DNA of 63,910 bases, the filler included, from Fonticula-like sp. SCN 57-25 (taxonomy: Eukaryota): assembly GCA_001724245.1 (NCBI GenBank). It is 11 parts of 11 records of this genome, joined end to end, with 100 filler letters (N's around TTAATTAATTAA, not from the genome) between each part and the next. Parts side by side here need not be neighbours in the genome. Positions count along the whole stretch, not along the records: positions 22,815 to 28,405 come from MEDX01000544.1; positions 28,506 to 34,390 come from MEDX01000545.1; positions 34,491 to 40,074 come from MEDX01000546.1; 8 more parts are not named here. One strand, given 5' to 3'. The notes under the pieces were generated by a model. It was not told the DNA's origin, made no database searches, and worked only from the letters and a program-made list of their open reading frames with translations. The position numbers were made by a program, and so were the translations under genes. Positions 25,103 to 36,255 of the stretch are shown here, one piece after another (the stretch's first letter is position 1; the number at the start of each line of letters is the position of its first letter).

Positions 25103-27562
25103 TTACAGGGTAAAGGCGGCGAGGTCAGCCTCGGAAGCGGCGACAAGGTGTTGGACGGGCGCAAAGCGCTCAATGTACGCGGTGGTGACGCCCTCGGGCG
25201 TGCAGGGCGTCTCGACGACCTTGACGTCACCGCCCTCCTGGCGAAGGACGGCCATGTGGTAGATGGGGCGGGACGACTTGCGCTGCAGCACGATGGGGCG
25301 CAGCGCCATCATGTCCTCGGGCACCTCCGAATAGCCGCCAAAGAAGCTCACGGCGCGCGGCGTGTCGCCCGTGGCCTTGATGACCTGCAGGTGCTCAAGG
25401 AAACGAGCGAGTGCGGCGCGACCAACAGTCGGAATCTAAATGAATGATGTGTCAGCACTGTCGCTTATAAAGCTGTTTGCGCACCTTTGTGCGGTCCATC
25501 TCGATGAAGCAGTTGGGTCCGTCCTTGTCCTCGGAGCGGACGATGCGCACAAAGCCCTCGCCGGCCTCGAGCATGACGCGCAGGATGACGTAGCGCGCCT
25601 GCATGTGCGCCTGGCGCCATGCCTTGGTCTCGGGCGTGTAAAACTCGAGGCCCGCGAGGCCGGCGCGTGCCATGCTGAGCCAGTTGACAAAGACGACCTC
25701 CTCCTTTTCGGCGTCCGTCGCGGCGCCAAAGAGGTCGAGGACGTCCTTCTCGAGGCTCAAGTAGATGCCGACGGCCTCGGCGCGGCACTCTTCGTACGCC
25801 GACGAAAAGGCGCCAAACTTGACGTCGTATGTCTCGTTGGGCGCGTACCACTTGGCGACCGGCTTGCCCGTGAGCGGGTCGATCAGGCTGCGGTCAAAGT
25901 TGAACGAGCCATCGGCGTTCTGCTGCAGCAGCTTGCCGGAACCATGGCCGAGCAGCTCATGCAGCGCCACCTGCACCTCAAAGGAGAGCTCGTGGCGAGC
26001 GGCGTACACGGCCTGGGCAGCATCCGGAATGAACGGCACGGGCTTGTTGGAGGCGCGCGCGCGCAGCACATTGCCAAGCGAAACGTTCTTGAAGCCCTCG
26101 GCTAGAAAGAATAAACCTGAGCAAGCGAGAAACACACTATTTGGGCGTACACTGGCGAATGTCGTCGTAGTTGGGGATGTTGATGCCCGCGGGGACGCCC
26201 GAGCCGCCGTAAGAGACGATCTCGAGCGACGTAAAGTCGGGGCGCAGGAACGTGTCCTTTTCAAAGGCCGCCGACCACGGGAGGCGCGCGATGATGGTGG
26301 TCGCCTGGTCGACGAGCGTCTGGAAGCGCTCCGACAGCTTCTTGTTGACGACGGCGACAAAGCCCTCAAACTCGCCGCGCACGCCGTGCGGGTCGCGGTA
26401 CGACTCGATGAAGCCAATGTACGTCTCAACGGCGGGGTTGCGGTTGCGGATCCAGGCGCGCGAGCCGTCCTTGTGCATCTCAATGCTGCCGAGGCGGAAG
26501 CTGTCAATGTAGCTGAAAGGCATGGGGTTAGTGAAACGCCGCACGCGCAAAATACATACTGGTTAAGCATTTCCTCCTCGGTCTTGTTGGCGACGGCGGT
26601 GCGGGCCAGCGCGAGCTCGTCGATGACGCGGTTCATGATAGGGGCATAGTCGCCGCGGGTGACCGTGATGGTCGCGCCGGCGTGCGTGTGCGCGCCGAGC
26701 CACGCGGCCGCAGCGTCGTCGCCGCTACCGACCAGCGAGGAGGCAAGGCGCAGCTCGTAGTCGTTGGCGCCGCGCTTGAAAAGGCGCGTGTTGTACGGGC
26801 TGATGCCCTTGGCGTCCATAAAGTCCTGCACGAGGCGCGCGTCCTGCTCGGTGCAGTTGTACGAGTAGTACGTCGAGATGCCCTTGTCGGCGCCGAGGCC
26901 CATCTGGCGCTCGCGAGGGAGGAGAGAGTACAGCGGACCGCGCGTGAGCTCCCAGAGCTGCTGCAGCGTCGTCGACCGGCCCGCAAAGACGCCAACGTCC
27001 GCGAGGCTGTTCCACGAGCGGCTCGCGCGCACGATCGAGGCAAAGGCCTCGGGCGTGCAGCCGGGAATGATCTTGGTGTCGCCAAACGACTTGTAGTTGC
27101 CCATGTTGGAGTAAAAGCCAGCGGCGTACAGGAAAAAGTGGTCAATGTCGGCATCCGCGACGCCGGCGGCGCGCGCGGCCTCGCGCAGCTCCGCGGTCGG
27201 CTGCGCACCAAGCACGCGCTGCAGCAGGTGGAAGATCAAGGGCGACTCGGGCGACGTCTGGTGCAGCACCGCGAGACTACCGTGCCACGACGCCTGCGAA
27301 AGGTGGTACGCGTACCGCTGCTCGCGCGGGGTAAGGCCGGCAAATGCATCCTGTACACGCACAGTTTAGCTAACCAATGGAGGGATGGAGGCTGCCAGGG
27401 CTGTACCTTGCACTGCAGCATGAAGATGGGCGTGTCGGCCGGAAGCACGTGCGTGTCCTGAAGGCCGGCCATGGCTCCTAGGCGGGAAGCGGATACAGAG
27501 AGAGGGCGGGACGGGATCGGTTTGCGGATAACGGATGCAACTCGCCGGGTGAACGAGAGCAT
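25103..27562 (-). CDS. DPP3: Dipeptidyl peptidase III (peptidase M49)
   Basis: [84 protein letters not shown]; four short introns. Confidence 0.95.
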
Positions 27563-27749
27563 TCGGCAAACACGCAAAGCAGTTAAAACCAAAATCGCAA
27601 AATCGAAACGTCAGCAACTTTTGAACTTTCAAACTGGCAGGGCGGGCTCGAATGCCACCACCACGATACACTGATCCTGCCTGGCAACGGCGACGCGAAC
27701 AGTAAGCGTTTTTGTTTATGTCGGCTCCCATTCCGTGCTGTTGGAGCGC

Positions 27750-28192
27750 ATGCCGTTAACAGCAGACGGCACTTTGTATCCTCCTATTGGAAATCAGGCG
27801 CCGGTGAAGCCCAAGAGCCGGAGGGATTTGAGCCGCTTTCAGCGTGTGCGTTTCCCTCTTTTCAGACGCGCCGCTGACGCGCGCGGCAATTATAGCTTTG
27901 TGCTTTAAAGCACGGTACATTACCCCTGAGCAGTTGGGCGATCGCGTGATTTGCGTCGGCTTTTGGAATTTTTATTTTTCGTCGACGAACCAGCATGTAC
28001 GTACGTTTGAGCCGCCCTGCCTTTGTGCGCTGACCACACGCCTGTACTGTAGTCGACTTTCCGGCTGTTTCTCAGGTTGGCCTTTTTGATTCGGTTGGCG
28101 CCTGGTTGTTTGGCAGTGGGGACATGTGTGACCCAGATCCAGGCAAGATCCCAACTTGTGTTGCACTCGTCATACTCGCTTGGCTCGACTAG
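27750..28192 (+). CDS. Possible small three-exon hypothetical gene
   Basis: ATG 27750 and two intron-like segments (~27844-27895, ~28001-28052) can be spliced into one open frame; no recognisable motif. Confidence 0.2.
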
Positions 28193-28526
28193 TAGACGCA
28201 GATTAGTCTCTTCCGTCCGAGGAGACGCATTGATAATGCAGACGACCGCTTGATTATTTTTTGTAAATTTTTGTGTTCATAATGTGTAGCAATTAATGGG
28301 CAGAGATACTGTGAATCCTTTCTATTAAATGGACAAAAGGCAAATAATCAAACAAACACATGGGATCGCTCCGCTCTAGCAGGTGCGGTCAATCTCGATG
28401 GCGAGNNNNNNNNNNNNNNNNNNNNNNNNNNNNNNNNNNNNNNNNNNNNTTAATTAATTAANNNNNNNNNNNNNNNNNNNNNNNNNNNNNNNNNNNNNNN
28501 NNNNNTCTCTTTCCCTTTCCCTTTCC

Positions 28527-28772
28527 CTATCCCAATATGTCTCTATTCATGTAACTTGCGAAAGGTGTATTGATAGTGGTCATGCGACTTAAAAAAGACG
28601 GTAAGTGAAACACTGAAACAATGTCTTGAAACAAGAATGGCATGATGATAGGGGCAGGAATGACAAACCAGCACGCCCTTTTGCGTGCCTGCGACAACGG
28701 AATACTAAACAAAATAATCAAACTCGTTCCGGATATTGCACAATTGCATGCCTGCATAAATAAAAAGCGCAA
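28527..28772 (-). CDS. Orphan intronless ORF A (81 aa from TTG), with a Shine-Dalgarno-like GAGGAGG 5 nt upstream
   Basis: Frame open 28790-28530; AT-richer than the adjacent gene; no recognisable family; lies in a contig ~300 nt longer than its rank predicts. Confidence 0.3.
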   Translation of the reverse strand: MRFLFMQACNCAISGTSLIILFSIPLSQARKRACWFVIPAPIIMPFLFQDIVSVFHLPSFLSRMTTINTPFASYMNRDILG

Positions 28773-28867
28773 GCTCGCCTCCTCAACTTGCTAACAAAAC
28801 CCCCTTTCCCTTCCCTCGCACAGCGGGGCAACACACATATATGACAACGAAAACACACTCTTTCGGC

Positions 28868-30691
28868 TCACGACTGCGGCCACGCCGACCCCGCCGACGG
28901 CACGTCGACGACGACGTTCTCCCAAATCCCCGACCCGCGGTTGCTCGACCCCGGGCTCTTCATGAACCGCGTCGTCGGCGCGGGCATCGGCGGCGCCGCC
29001 TGCGCGAGCCGCATCGACCCGAGGTGCAGCACCATCTGCTGGTCGACCGCGGCGGCCGTCGGGCTCGCCAGCACAATCTGCTCAATGCTGCCGGTCGACA
29101 GCGGGCGCCGCCGCTCGTCCATCTGGTCCATCATCGAGAGCGACTGGTTCATCGCCTGGTCAAGCAGCGAGTCGTCCTCGGGGTCATAATCGTCCACCGC
29201 TGCCGCCGCCGCCGACGACGACGACGCGCGCAGCTCCTCGTTCGAGCCGCGGCTCGGCCCCGACGCGTGCGGCTGCGGCTGCGAGCGCGAGTACGTCCGC
29301 GCGGCAGCAGCAGCCGACATGGCGTTGGTCATCGCGACCGCCGGCATCGTCTGGCGGCGCGCCTCAAACCCGCCAAAGTCGCCCGGCAGCGGCGACGACG
29401 GTACAAAGACGGGCATCGAGTAGCGGTTGTGCGCCTGGTGCTTGCGCGAGCTGTGCGGCGAGAGGGGCGACATGGGCGGCGGCGACGTCGGAGAGTGGCT
29501 GCCGACGTAGTAGTGCGGATGCGCCTGCGGGGCGTCCTTGGGGTAGAAGCGCGGCGCCTGCAGCATCGACGGCTGGAAGGATGACGGCGACGCGCTCGAC
29601 GACGGCGACGGGCTCGGCGTCGCGCTCGCTGACCCCTGCTGCTGCGTGGCACCCGGTGCCGGCCGCATGCCGAGGTGGTTTGGCGAGTTGCGGTGGACGG
29701 CGAACCCGCCCGCGTTCGGGCTGGGCGTCTGCGACGCTGGCAGCTGCCCGCCGTTCTGCGCAATGACCGCCTGCCGCTGCTGAAAGTCGCCCTTGATGCG
29801 GCTGTCGCTGAAGCGCCACTTTGACGCGCACATAATGTACGTCTGCGCGAGGTCGGGGTCGCGCGGCGTGCCGAATCCCCACGTGTAGCACTCGCTCAGC
29901 AGGTACGCAGCGACGCCGCTGTCGCTGAAGCGGCAGCTCTCGACGGCGCGGCGCAGCTGCGAAATCGCAGTCTCAAAGTCCTGACGGTCGTAATAGTACC
30001 GCCCCATGGCTTCGTTCGAAAGATAATAACCGTTGGAAGCCGCCTCGTTGAGCCGCCGGAACGCCTCGTGGAGGTCCTGCGCGACGCCGCGGCCCTCGAG
30101 CAGCGCGACGCCCGACTTGTGCAGCGCGGCCCAGTTGTGCTGCTGCGCAGCCATGTCGTAGCAGCGGAAGGCGTCGCCAAACTGGCCAAGCTCGTCAAAG
30201 CAGACGCCGGCCTGGAACTGCGCGCGCTCGCTGCCAGACTGCGCGAGCGGCATAAAGTACTCGAGCGCCATGCGGAGGTTGCGCTGCACGCCAAAGCCGG
30301 CGGCGTAGCACTTGCCGAGGCGGAAGCGCGCCATCTCCTGGCCGGGCGTCTGCGTCGCCTGGTAGTAGTACCGGAAGGCGAGCTGAGAGTCGGGCCGGAT
30401 ATTGAGCGAGTCCTGGCCAAACTCGTATACGAGGCCGAGCTTGTACGCCGCAAAGGCGTTGCCGTTCGCGGCCTTTTGCTGCAGGCCCTCGATCTGCCGC
30501 GCGCTGTACTGACGAAAACTCACATTCACCTGGCCAGTCTTGCTGAGCCATGCCAAATTGCCGCTCCAGTGCGGCTTCTGCTGCGTGGTCTTGAAGGCCT
30601 GCTCGTACCCCGCACCATCGCCGCCATACTCATCACCCTCGTTGGCCATCCCTACCGATGTGCTCGAAAAGCGCTGCTCTGGAGACGTCAT
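28868..30691 (-). CDS. SEL1-like repeat protein with low-complexity C-terminus and a UIM-like motif; the true start may lie further upstream
   Basis: AAYKLGLVYEFG, ARFRLGKCYAAGFGVQRN, ALHKSGVALLEGRGVAQD and AAYLLSECYTWGFGTPRD repeats. Confidence 0.85.
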   Translation of the reverse strand: MTSPEQRFSSTSVGMANEGDEYGGDGAGYEQAFKTTQQKPHWSGNLAWLSKTGQVNVSFRQYSARQIEGLQQKAANGNAFAAYKLGLVYEFGQDSLNIRPDSQLAFRYYYQATQTPGQEMARFRLGKCYAAGFGVQRNLRMALEYFMPLAQSGSERAQFQAGVCFDELGQFGDAFRCYDMAAQQHNWAALHKSGVALLEGRGVAQDLHEAFRRLNEAASNGYYLSNEAMGRYYYDRQDFETAISQLRRAVESCRFSDSGVAAYLLSECYTWGFGTPRDPDLAQTYIMCASKWRFSDSRIKGDFQQRQAVIAQNGGQLPASQTPSPNAGGFAVHRNSPNHLGMRPAPGATQQQGSASATPSPSPSSSASPSSFQPSMLQAPRFYPKDAPQAHPHYYVGSHSPTSPPPMSPLSPHSSRKHQAHNRYSMPVFVPSSPLPGDFGGFEARRQTMPAVAMTNAMSAAAAARTYSRSQPQPHASGPSRGSNEELRASSSSAAAAAVDDYDPEDDSLLDQAMNQSLSMMDQMDERRRPLSTGSIEQIVLASPTAAAVDQQMVLHLGSMRLAQAAPPMPAPTTRFMKSPGSSNRGSGIWENVVVDVPSAGSAWPQS

Positions 30692-31482
30692 GCGCGTCTC
30701 GGCATGGCCGCTAGATGCACGCGTGATCAGCAAAGGTGGAGAGAGTGGACATCGGACGTACGGTTCAAAAGGATTGGGAAAGTTTGTCGACGGCGTTTTG
30801 GCAAACAACCGATGACGGATCTAATTAGAGGAAAGCACGGATTCCGAAGGGAGACAACCAGCAGAATGCTCTTCTGCTAGACCGCCTGGTGCCCTGCGCA
30901 ACACGGCAAATAAAGAGGTTGAGAAGAACCTACCGGTGCAGGAACCGCGTATTTCACTGGCGGCCCTCGGAACAGGAGGAAAACCGGTGGCTCTGCCGCA
31001 GGAGAGTTGCTCGCCACCTGACCAGAAATAACTTCCGTCCGACTCTGGCTGCCGCCCTCTTTCCCTCGAACCTCTATCTGTATATGCGGCTTAACCACAC
31101 TCCCCCTTTCTAATATACGCCCTTGACCGAGGCCGTGCGACCCCTCGGCACCCGCAAAATACAACCTCGGGAAAAGGAGGCAACGCGTCGCAACCGGGAG
31201 GCAAACACCAAAGTAGCCCCGCTCGCTCGCTCAAAAATCAAATAGGCAGTGCAAAAGAACCGCCGGGCAGGAAAGCGCGCGGGATCGGCCTGGGGAAATC
31301 ACCCGGGATGCCCTTGCCCTTGACAAAGACACGTTTCCTGACACCGTAAACTGAAGCGGGTCGGCGCCACAATTAGAAAATCGATGCTGACGTCACGAGC
31401 GGTCCACCAATCAGAAGACCCCAGCGCGAGACTTTTGGGGTTGACCTGCCACAGGCCTGCGGCAGGATGGGGCAGTGACGCA

Positions 31483-32703
31483 ATGTCAGCGTTTTCGGCC
31501 AAGGCGGGCGGATCGCCGGGCTCGAGCGAGGCGCGGCAGCGCGCCGAGGCCCAGGTTTATGCGCGCATAGAGATTGAGCGGCGGTGCAGGGCGGTGTGGG
31601 AGGAGCTCATGTTTACGCCGACCGTTGGGAGGGAGCGCCTTCGCGAGGCGGCCGACGCGATGCAGCCACATCAGTACGACGATGTCGTGACCGAGCGGTC
31701 GATCGAGCGGCGATGCGGGTACCCGGTGTGCTCGAACGCACTCGTGCGGCGGAGAAACTATAATACACACATTACAAAGTCGGGCGGGATCATCCCCGTG
31801 GCCGATCTTGATCAGTACTGTTCGGAAAAGTGCTACGTCGCATCGCAGTACTTTCGGCATCAGCTGTCGAATGAGCCCGTGTACCTGCGCTCCAAGGGCG
31901 CGTCGGACGCGGTGCAGCTCATGCACGACGACGACGTGACCGCGCTGGCGGAGAACCTCTCAAAGGGCGCGCGCCTCGTAGCCGAGTCCAAGAAGACGAT
32001 CGAGGCCGAGATCCCGCAGGCGGCGCTGCTCGAGTCCAAAGTGGTCGTCGTCGAGCGGTCAAGCGACCCCGCCGCGCCGCCGCCCGCGGCGCCCTCGCAG
32101 CGCAAGGCCATCGAAAAGCAGCGCGCGATGGCCAAGTCGGCATCGACGGCGATTGCGCAGCAGTTTGGCATGTACGAGCGCGTGATGCTGCACCTCTCTG
32201 GTTTTGTCACCGAGTACACGCGCGCCTTTATCAAGAGCGAACTGCGCCTCGTCCTCACTGCACCGCAGCAGAGCGCGGAAAAGGAAGAAGGGTCGGAGCG
32301 CGCGCTGCCCGTGTCGGACGGCGCCAGCGCGGCGCTCCACCGCGAGGCCATCTTTTACGGCACCGTCTCCAAGGCCTTCGCCGGCGTGAAAAAGGACCTG
32401 CGCGTCGAGCACAACATCGACGCCGACGCCGTCGCCATCGCGCGCACATTTGACATTCCGCGACATTTTACCACAATGGGCGCCGCCGAAATGCGCGCCC
32501 TCGCTCTCCTCCTCCTCAAAGTGTACGCGAAAAAGTTTATTTTTATGTGACCTAACACGTCTGTCGGTAGATTGAGTGGGCTGTACCCGACCTTGAAAGC
32601 GGATCTCGGCGGCGAAGGACTGCCGCGCATGCACAAAGAGATTGAGCGGCTGCGGCTTTCTGTAGAGGAATTCGACGCTTTGGCGCTCCAATTCTACGAT
32701 TAG
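31483..32703 (+). CDS. RPAP2: RPAP2/Rtr1 RNA polymerase II CTD phosphatase-like protein
   Basis: YDDVVTERSIERRCGYPVCSN...YCSEKCYVASQYFRHQL zinc motif; final intron ~32523-32570. Confidence 0.88.
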
Positions 32704-32770
32704 ATCACAAAACCCTGTATCATTGCATATATCCCTGTTTCTATTCTTTAATCACTGTTTAAATACACTA

Positions 32771-33940
32771 TCACCATCCGAGAATATAGTCTGTGACCTT
32801 GCTCAGCCACGATTCGCTGGCGCCGGCTGTCGCTGCCGCACCGGCCTGCGGCGCTGCAATGATGGACGCGGCCGTGATGCCCTTTGGCCGGCGCTGGCGG
32901 TGCAGCGAGCCGGCCAGGTCGTCCTGCGTGCTCGACGACGGGATGCTGTGCTGCGTCTGGCTCGTCGGAACGGCGCCAACCATCAAATTGCCGACAACGA
33001 GTTTCCCGTGGCGACTCAGCGCGCGCTGCGCAGAAAGCTCGTCGGCGAACCGCAAGTGCATCCAGTTGCCTGCAGAGGCAGTAATATTAGACGAAAGCGA
33101 CAAAAAAAAGAGAAAAATAGCGCACCGTCGCTCAATTCGTATTGCAAAATTGTTCCAACGCTGCGGAACGCGTCGAGAATGTTTGCGGCGGCGCGCGGCG
33201 GAAAGCCAAAGACGGTCACCCACGTGTCGTTCGGGGCCATCTGCGGCTGCGCCTGCTGCTGATGCTGATACTGCGTTGTACTGTACACCGTCTCCCGGAG
33301 GCTGGGCGCGCGCTGGCCCATCATGCTCTGAGAGTACATGCCGCCCTGCGGGCTCGAGCCGCCGCTGCGAGAGAGCGTCTCGGCAGCGACCTCATCAAGC
33401 GACTCGGTCGGCGGCGAGTCGACATCCACGCTGCGCATCGAGCGGAATCTGCTCAAGTACAGTCATTAGCCAAGAAAACATCCCCAACAAAAATTCAGCG
33501 CACCCAGTGTCCATTGGCGAATGGTCTCTTGTCGTGTCCATCGGCGACCTCGAAAGCATGTCGGGCGAGGCCGGCGCGTACCGCTGCTCCTCGTAGCGCG
33601 GCATCTCGGCCATGCCCGTCATGGGCAGCGTCGGCCCGCGGCGCGCAGGCGTCCCCGAGGCGCCATAACCCGGCGTCGTCGAGCCATACGCGGGGGTGCC
33701 CATGCCGTACGCCGGCATCCCCATCCCGCCACCCTGCATGGGCGTCATTGCAGCGCCGCGCGCGGGCTGCGGCGACCCCGCATACGAAGCCGGGTTTGAA
33801 TGCCACGGCGACGAAGGGCCAGAAAGCATCGACTCGGTGAGAGCCGGTCCGCGCGACGACGCCAAGGAATACGCGTTTGACGGTCCGGACGGCGTCGATG
33901 TCGCCGGCTGGCCGTACTGGAACGACCGCCCGTACGACAT
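32771..33940 (-). CDS. NUP35: Nucleoporin NUP35/Nup53 (MPPN RRM)
   Basis: WVTVFGFP...GNWMHLRFADELSAQRALSRHGK...MVGAVP; C-terminal amphipathic SWLSKVTDYILGW; two short introns. Confidence 0.9.
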
Positions 33941-34004
33941 GATGGCAACGGGCGCTCGCAGTAATGTTCAAATAGGAATATGTGACAAGTACTTCACATC
34001 GAAT

Positions 34005-34077
34005 GGGGGACTAGCTCACATGGTAGAGCGCTCGCTTAGCATGCGAGAGGCACGGGGATCGATACCCTGGTCCTCCA
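34005..34077 (+). tRNA. tRNA-Ala(AGC)
   Basis: Cloverleaf with GGGGGAC/GTCCTCC acceptor stem and G3:U70 identity pair, anticodon arm CTCGC-TTAGCAT-GCGAG, followed by an oligo-T Pol III terminator. Confidence 0.97.
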
Positions 34078-34337
34078 CATTTCTTTTTTTTTTAGAGGCC
34101 TAGAGAAAGCCTAGAGATGTATAGATAGAACATGTATTGTGTCATATGGTCATACTTTTTGACAATTCTACACTGCGACGCTTGCTCTAAAGGTTGCTAT
34201 TCTGTTTGCCACACGCATAGGCAACCTCATAACACTCAGTTGCCCTCATTTGCCCCCACTTGCCTGCCACTTGCCTTCCCCTTTTCACTGCAACACACAG
34301 TCAGCAAACGTTCACGTGATCATTGTTCTCTTTGACG

Positions 34338-34390
34338 ATGAGTCGCAAGAAGGAGATCCTGTGGTCCCCCCACGGCGACTCGACCTTCCT
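34338..34390 (+). CDS. Start of a possible MIOS/Sea4-like WD40 protein (truncated)
   Basis: MSRKKEILWSPHGDSTF resembles the MIOS N-terminus (DILWAPH); only 17 codons visible. Confidence 0.4.
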
Positions 34391-34490
34391 NNNNNNNNNN
34401 NNNNNNNNNNNNNNNNNNNNNNNNNNNNNNNNNNTTAATTAATTAANNNNNNNNNNNNNNNNNNNNNNNNNNNNNNNNNNNNNNNNNNNN

Positions 34491-35796
34491 GCGAGCTCAA
34501 AGCTGACGATGACAACTTGCATGCGGTAGATGCCGTCCTTGCCAGTGTTGATGACGGTCACGTAGTCGTCGCGGATGACGGCGGGGCAGGCCCACTGGCG
34601 GAAGGCCTCGTACCAGGTGAGGCGGAGGGAGGAGGGGGTGATGATGAGGAGCGGCCATTCGGCGCGGAAGGCGCAGGCAGTCGCAATCGCTGAAGAAGGG
34701 TCAGAAAAAGCCAAGGGAACAAGCAAGAAAATGAAAAAGTACACAAAAAGAACACGAAAAGCAAACGAAACTACACAAAAATTACACAAAAGCGCACCTT
34801 GGACAGTCTTTCCAAGTCCCATATCGTCAGCAATCATGGCGCGGCCGCCGCGGCTCAGCGCATATCTACAACATGTCAGAAAGGAAACACAAAACATCAT
34901 TGCGTACTCGACGCCTTCGCGCTGGAAGGGCAAGAGAGCAGCGAGCATGCTCCTGGGAATTCCAGTGTGCTTCAAGTTGGGCGGCGAGCTGCGCAGCGAG
35001 CGGTGAGCAAGCTTATAAAGCACATAAAGAGGGACGCACAGGGTGCCGGATAGGACGATGGGCTTTTTGGGGACGATGCCTGGCACGCGAAGCAGCGCCA
35101 GGATCGCGTCAGATGGCGTGTCGATCTTGAGGCGGATCTCATTCGTTAATGCGCGCAGCTGCGTCACTGTAAAGGTGTAAGTCAAAAAGCCATAAAGCGA
35201 CACGGATGCGCACTGAGAGGCACGTAGGCGTCTTTTGGGTAGTCAAACTGCGCCTGATCCGCGTCATAGTTCCATCCGGGTATCGACCGGTAGAGCGTGT
35301 AGAGCTTCTTGTTATGCGCCGACTTTACGGCAAAACGGTCGCTGCTTATTACTTGAATGCTCACTGTGACTGTCTCACCGCTCGGGCCCGCGCTGTTGTA
35401 GGATGGCTGCTGCGCGGGCCGGTAGGGAACGGATGGCCGCGCGGTGGCATCCCCGTAGAAGATGCCGGGCGTGAGAAAGGTCTGGCCGGGCTGCAGCATC
35501 GGGGACTGTTGTACAGGCCGCCACTGCGTGTCTGCCGGGCGATGCACGGGTGGCGGCCGGTTCTGGGTCATGGGCGGCATTTGCGCGCCCTGAGCTGCCA
35601 CTGGCGGCGCAGGAGAAGGTACGTGCGTCTGCGCCGTCGCCGCCGCCTTTTCCCTCTTCCGCTGCTCCAACTAAACACAATTATAAGCATCAAATTTTCC
35701 CTTTCTCAAACTCCCCTTTTCTCGCACCTTTTGCAGCGCCGCGAGCCGCTTGGCCTCGATCGCCGCCAGCTGCTCGCTCGTGAGCGTTCCCGCCAT
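34491..35796 (-). CDS. SMARCAL1: SMARCAL1-like annealing helicase (RPA-binding motif, HARP, start of SNF2 ATPase); 3' truncated
   Basis: MAGTLTSEQLAAIEAKRLAALQK RPA-binding motif; HARP-like YRSIPGWNYD; LLPFQREGVE, GGRAMIADDMGLGKTVQ, EWPLLIITPSSLR. Confidence 0.85.
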
Positions 35797-36255
35797 TTTT
35801 CAACAATGCAAACTGCAAACCATTCCCGCATGCGATATCGCACCCCAGTGCTTATCATAAAACCCGTTGTCATCAAAACCGGGTTCCCCCCACGCTGACT
35901 CTAATCGGGGGGACGCATTTACCACACCCCGCGTCATTCACGATCATAACAAAAAACGTCACCCCGGGCCGGTTTTCGTTTTTTTCAGGCCCTTTTTCAG
36001 TAGTGAGAAGGGCGAAGGGAAAAAGAGTTTCTCTTCCAAGCTCTATAGTGGGCGGCGAGCTTTTTTTCCTGGTGATCCAAGAAGAAAGGTTTTTGCTTCG
36101 TTTGCTTTCCCTGCTTTGTGAGCGGTGAGAGAAGGAGGACTGTGAAGGAAGCCAGCGCTTTTTTCACTCTTTTTGGTGTCTTTCCCTTGCTTTGGTGAAG
36201 GCACAGATTCCGGTTTTTTTGTTGGTGTGGTGATCAGTCACAGAGGCAATCTAAG

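Noticed and set aside
25765-26649. Apparent frameshifts in DPP3 and other genes in the ORF track
   Set aside because: Explained by short GT-AG introns
28796-28802. G-GGT-TTT slippery heptamer before the ORF A hairpin
   Set aside because: It lies after the SEL1 stop, and the -1 frame hits TAG two codons later
30877-31164. 95-aa minus ORF upstream of the SEL1 gene, followed by a 9-bp hairpin; an alternative candidate for the ~300-nt excess in contig 6
   Set aside because: It has no ATG and contains an intron-like GTAGGT...GCAG segment, so it reads as native 5' UTR; not fully excluded
21805-34077. ADAT2 near its substrate tRNA-Ala(AGC)
   Set aside because: They are on different contigs; the proximity comes from concatenation
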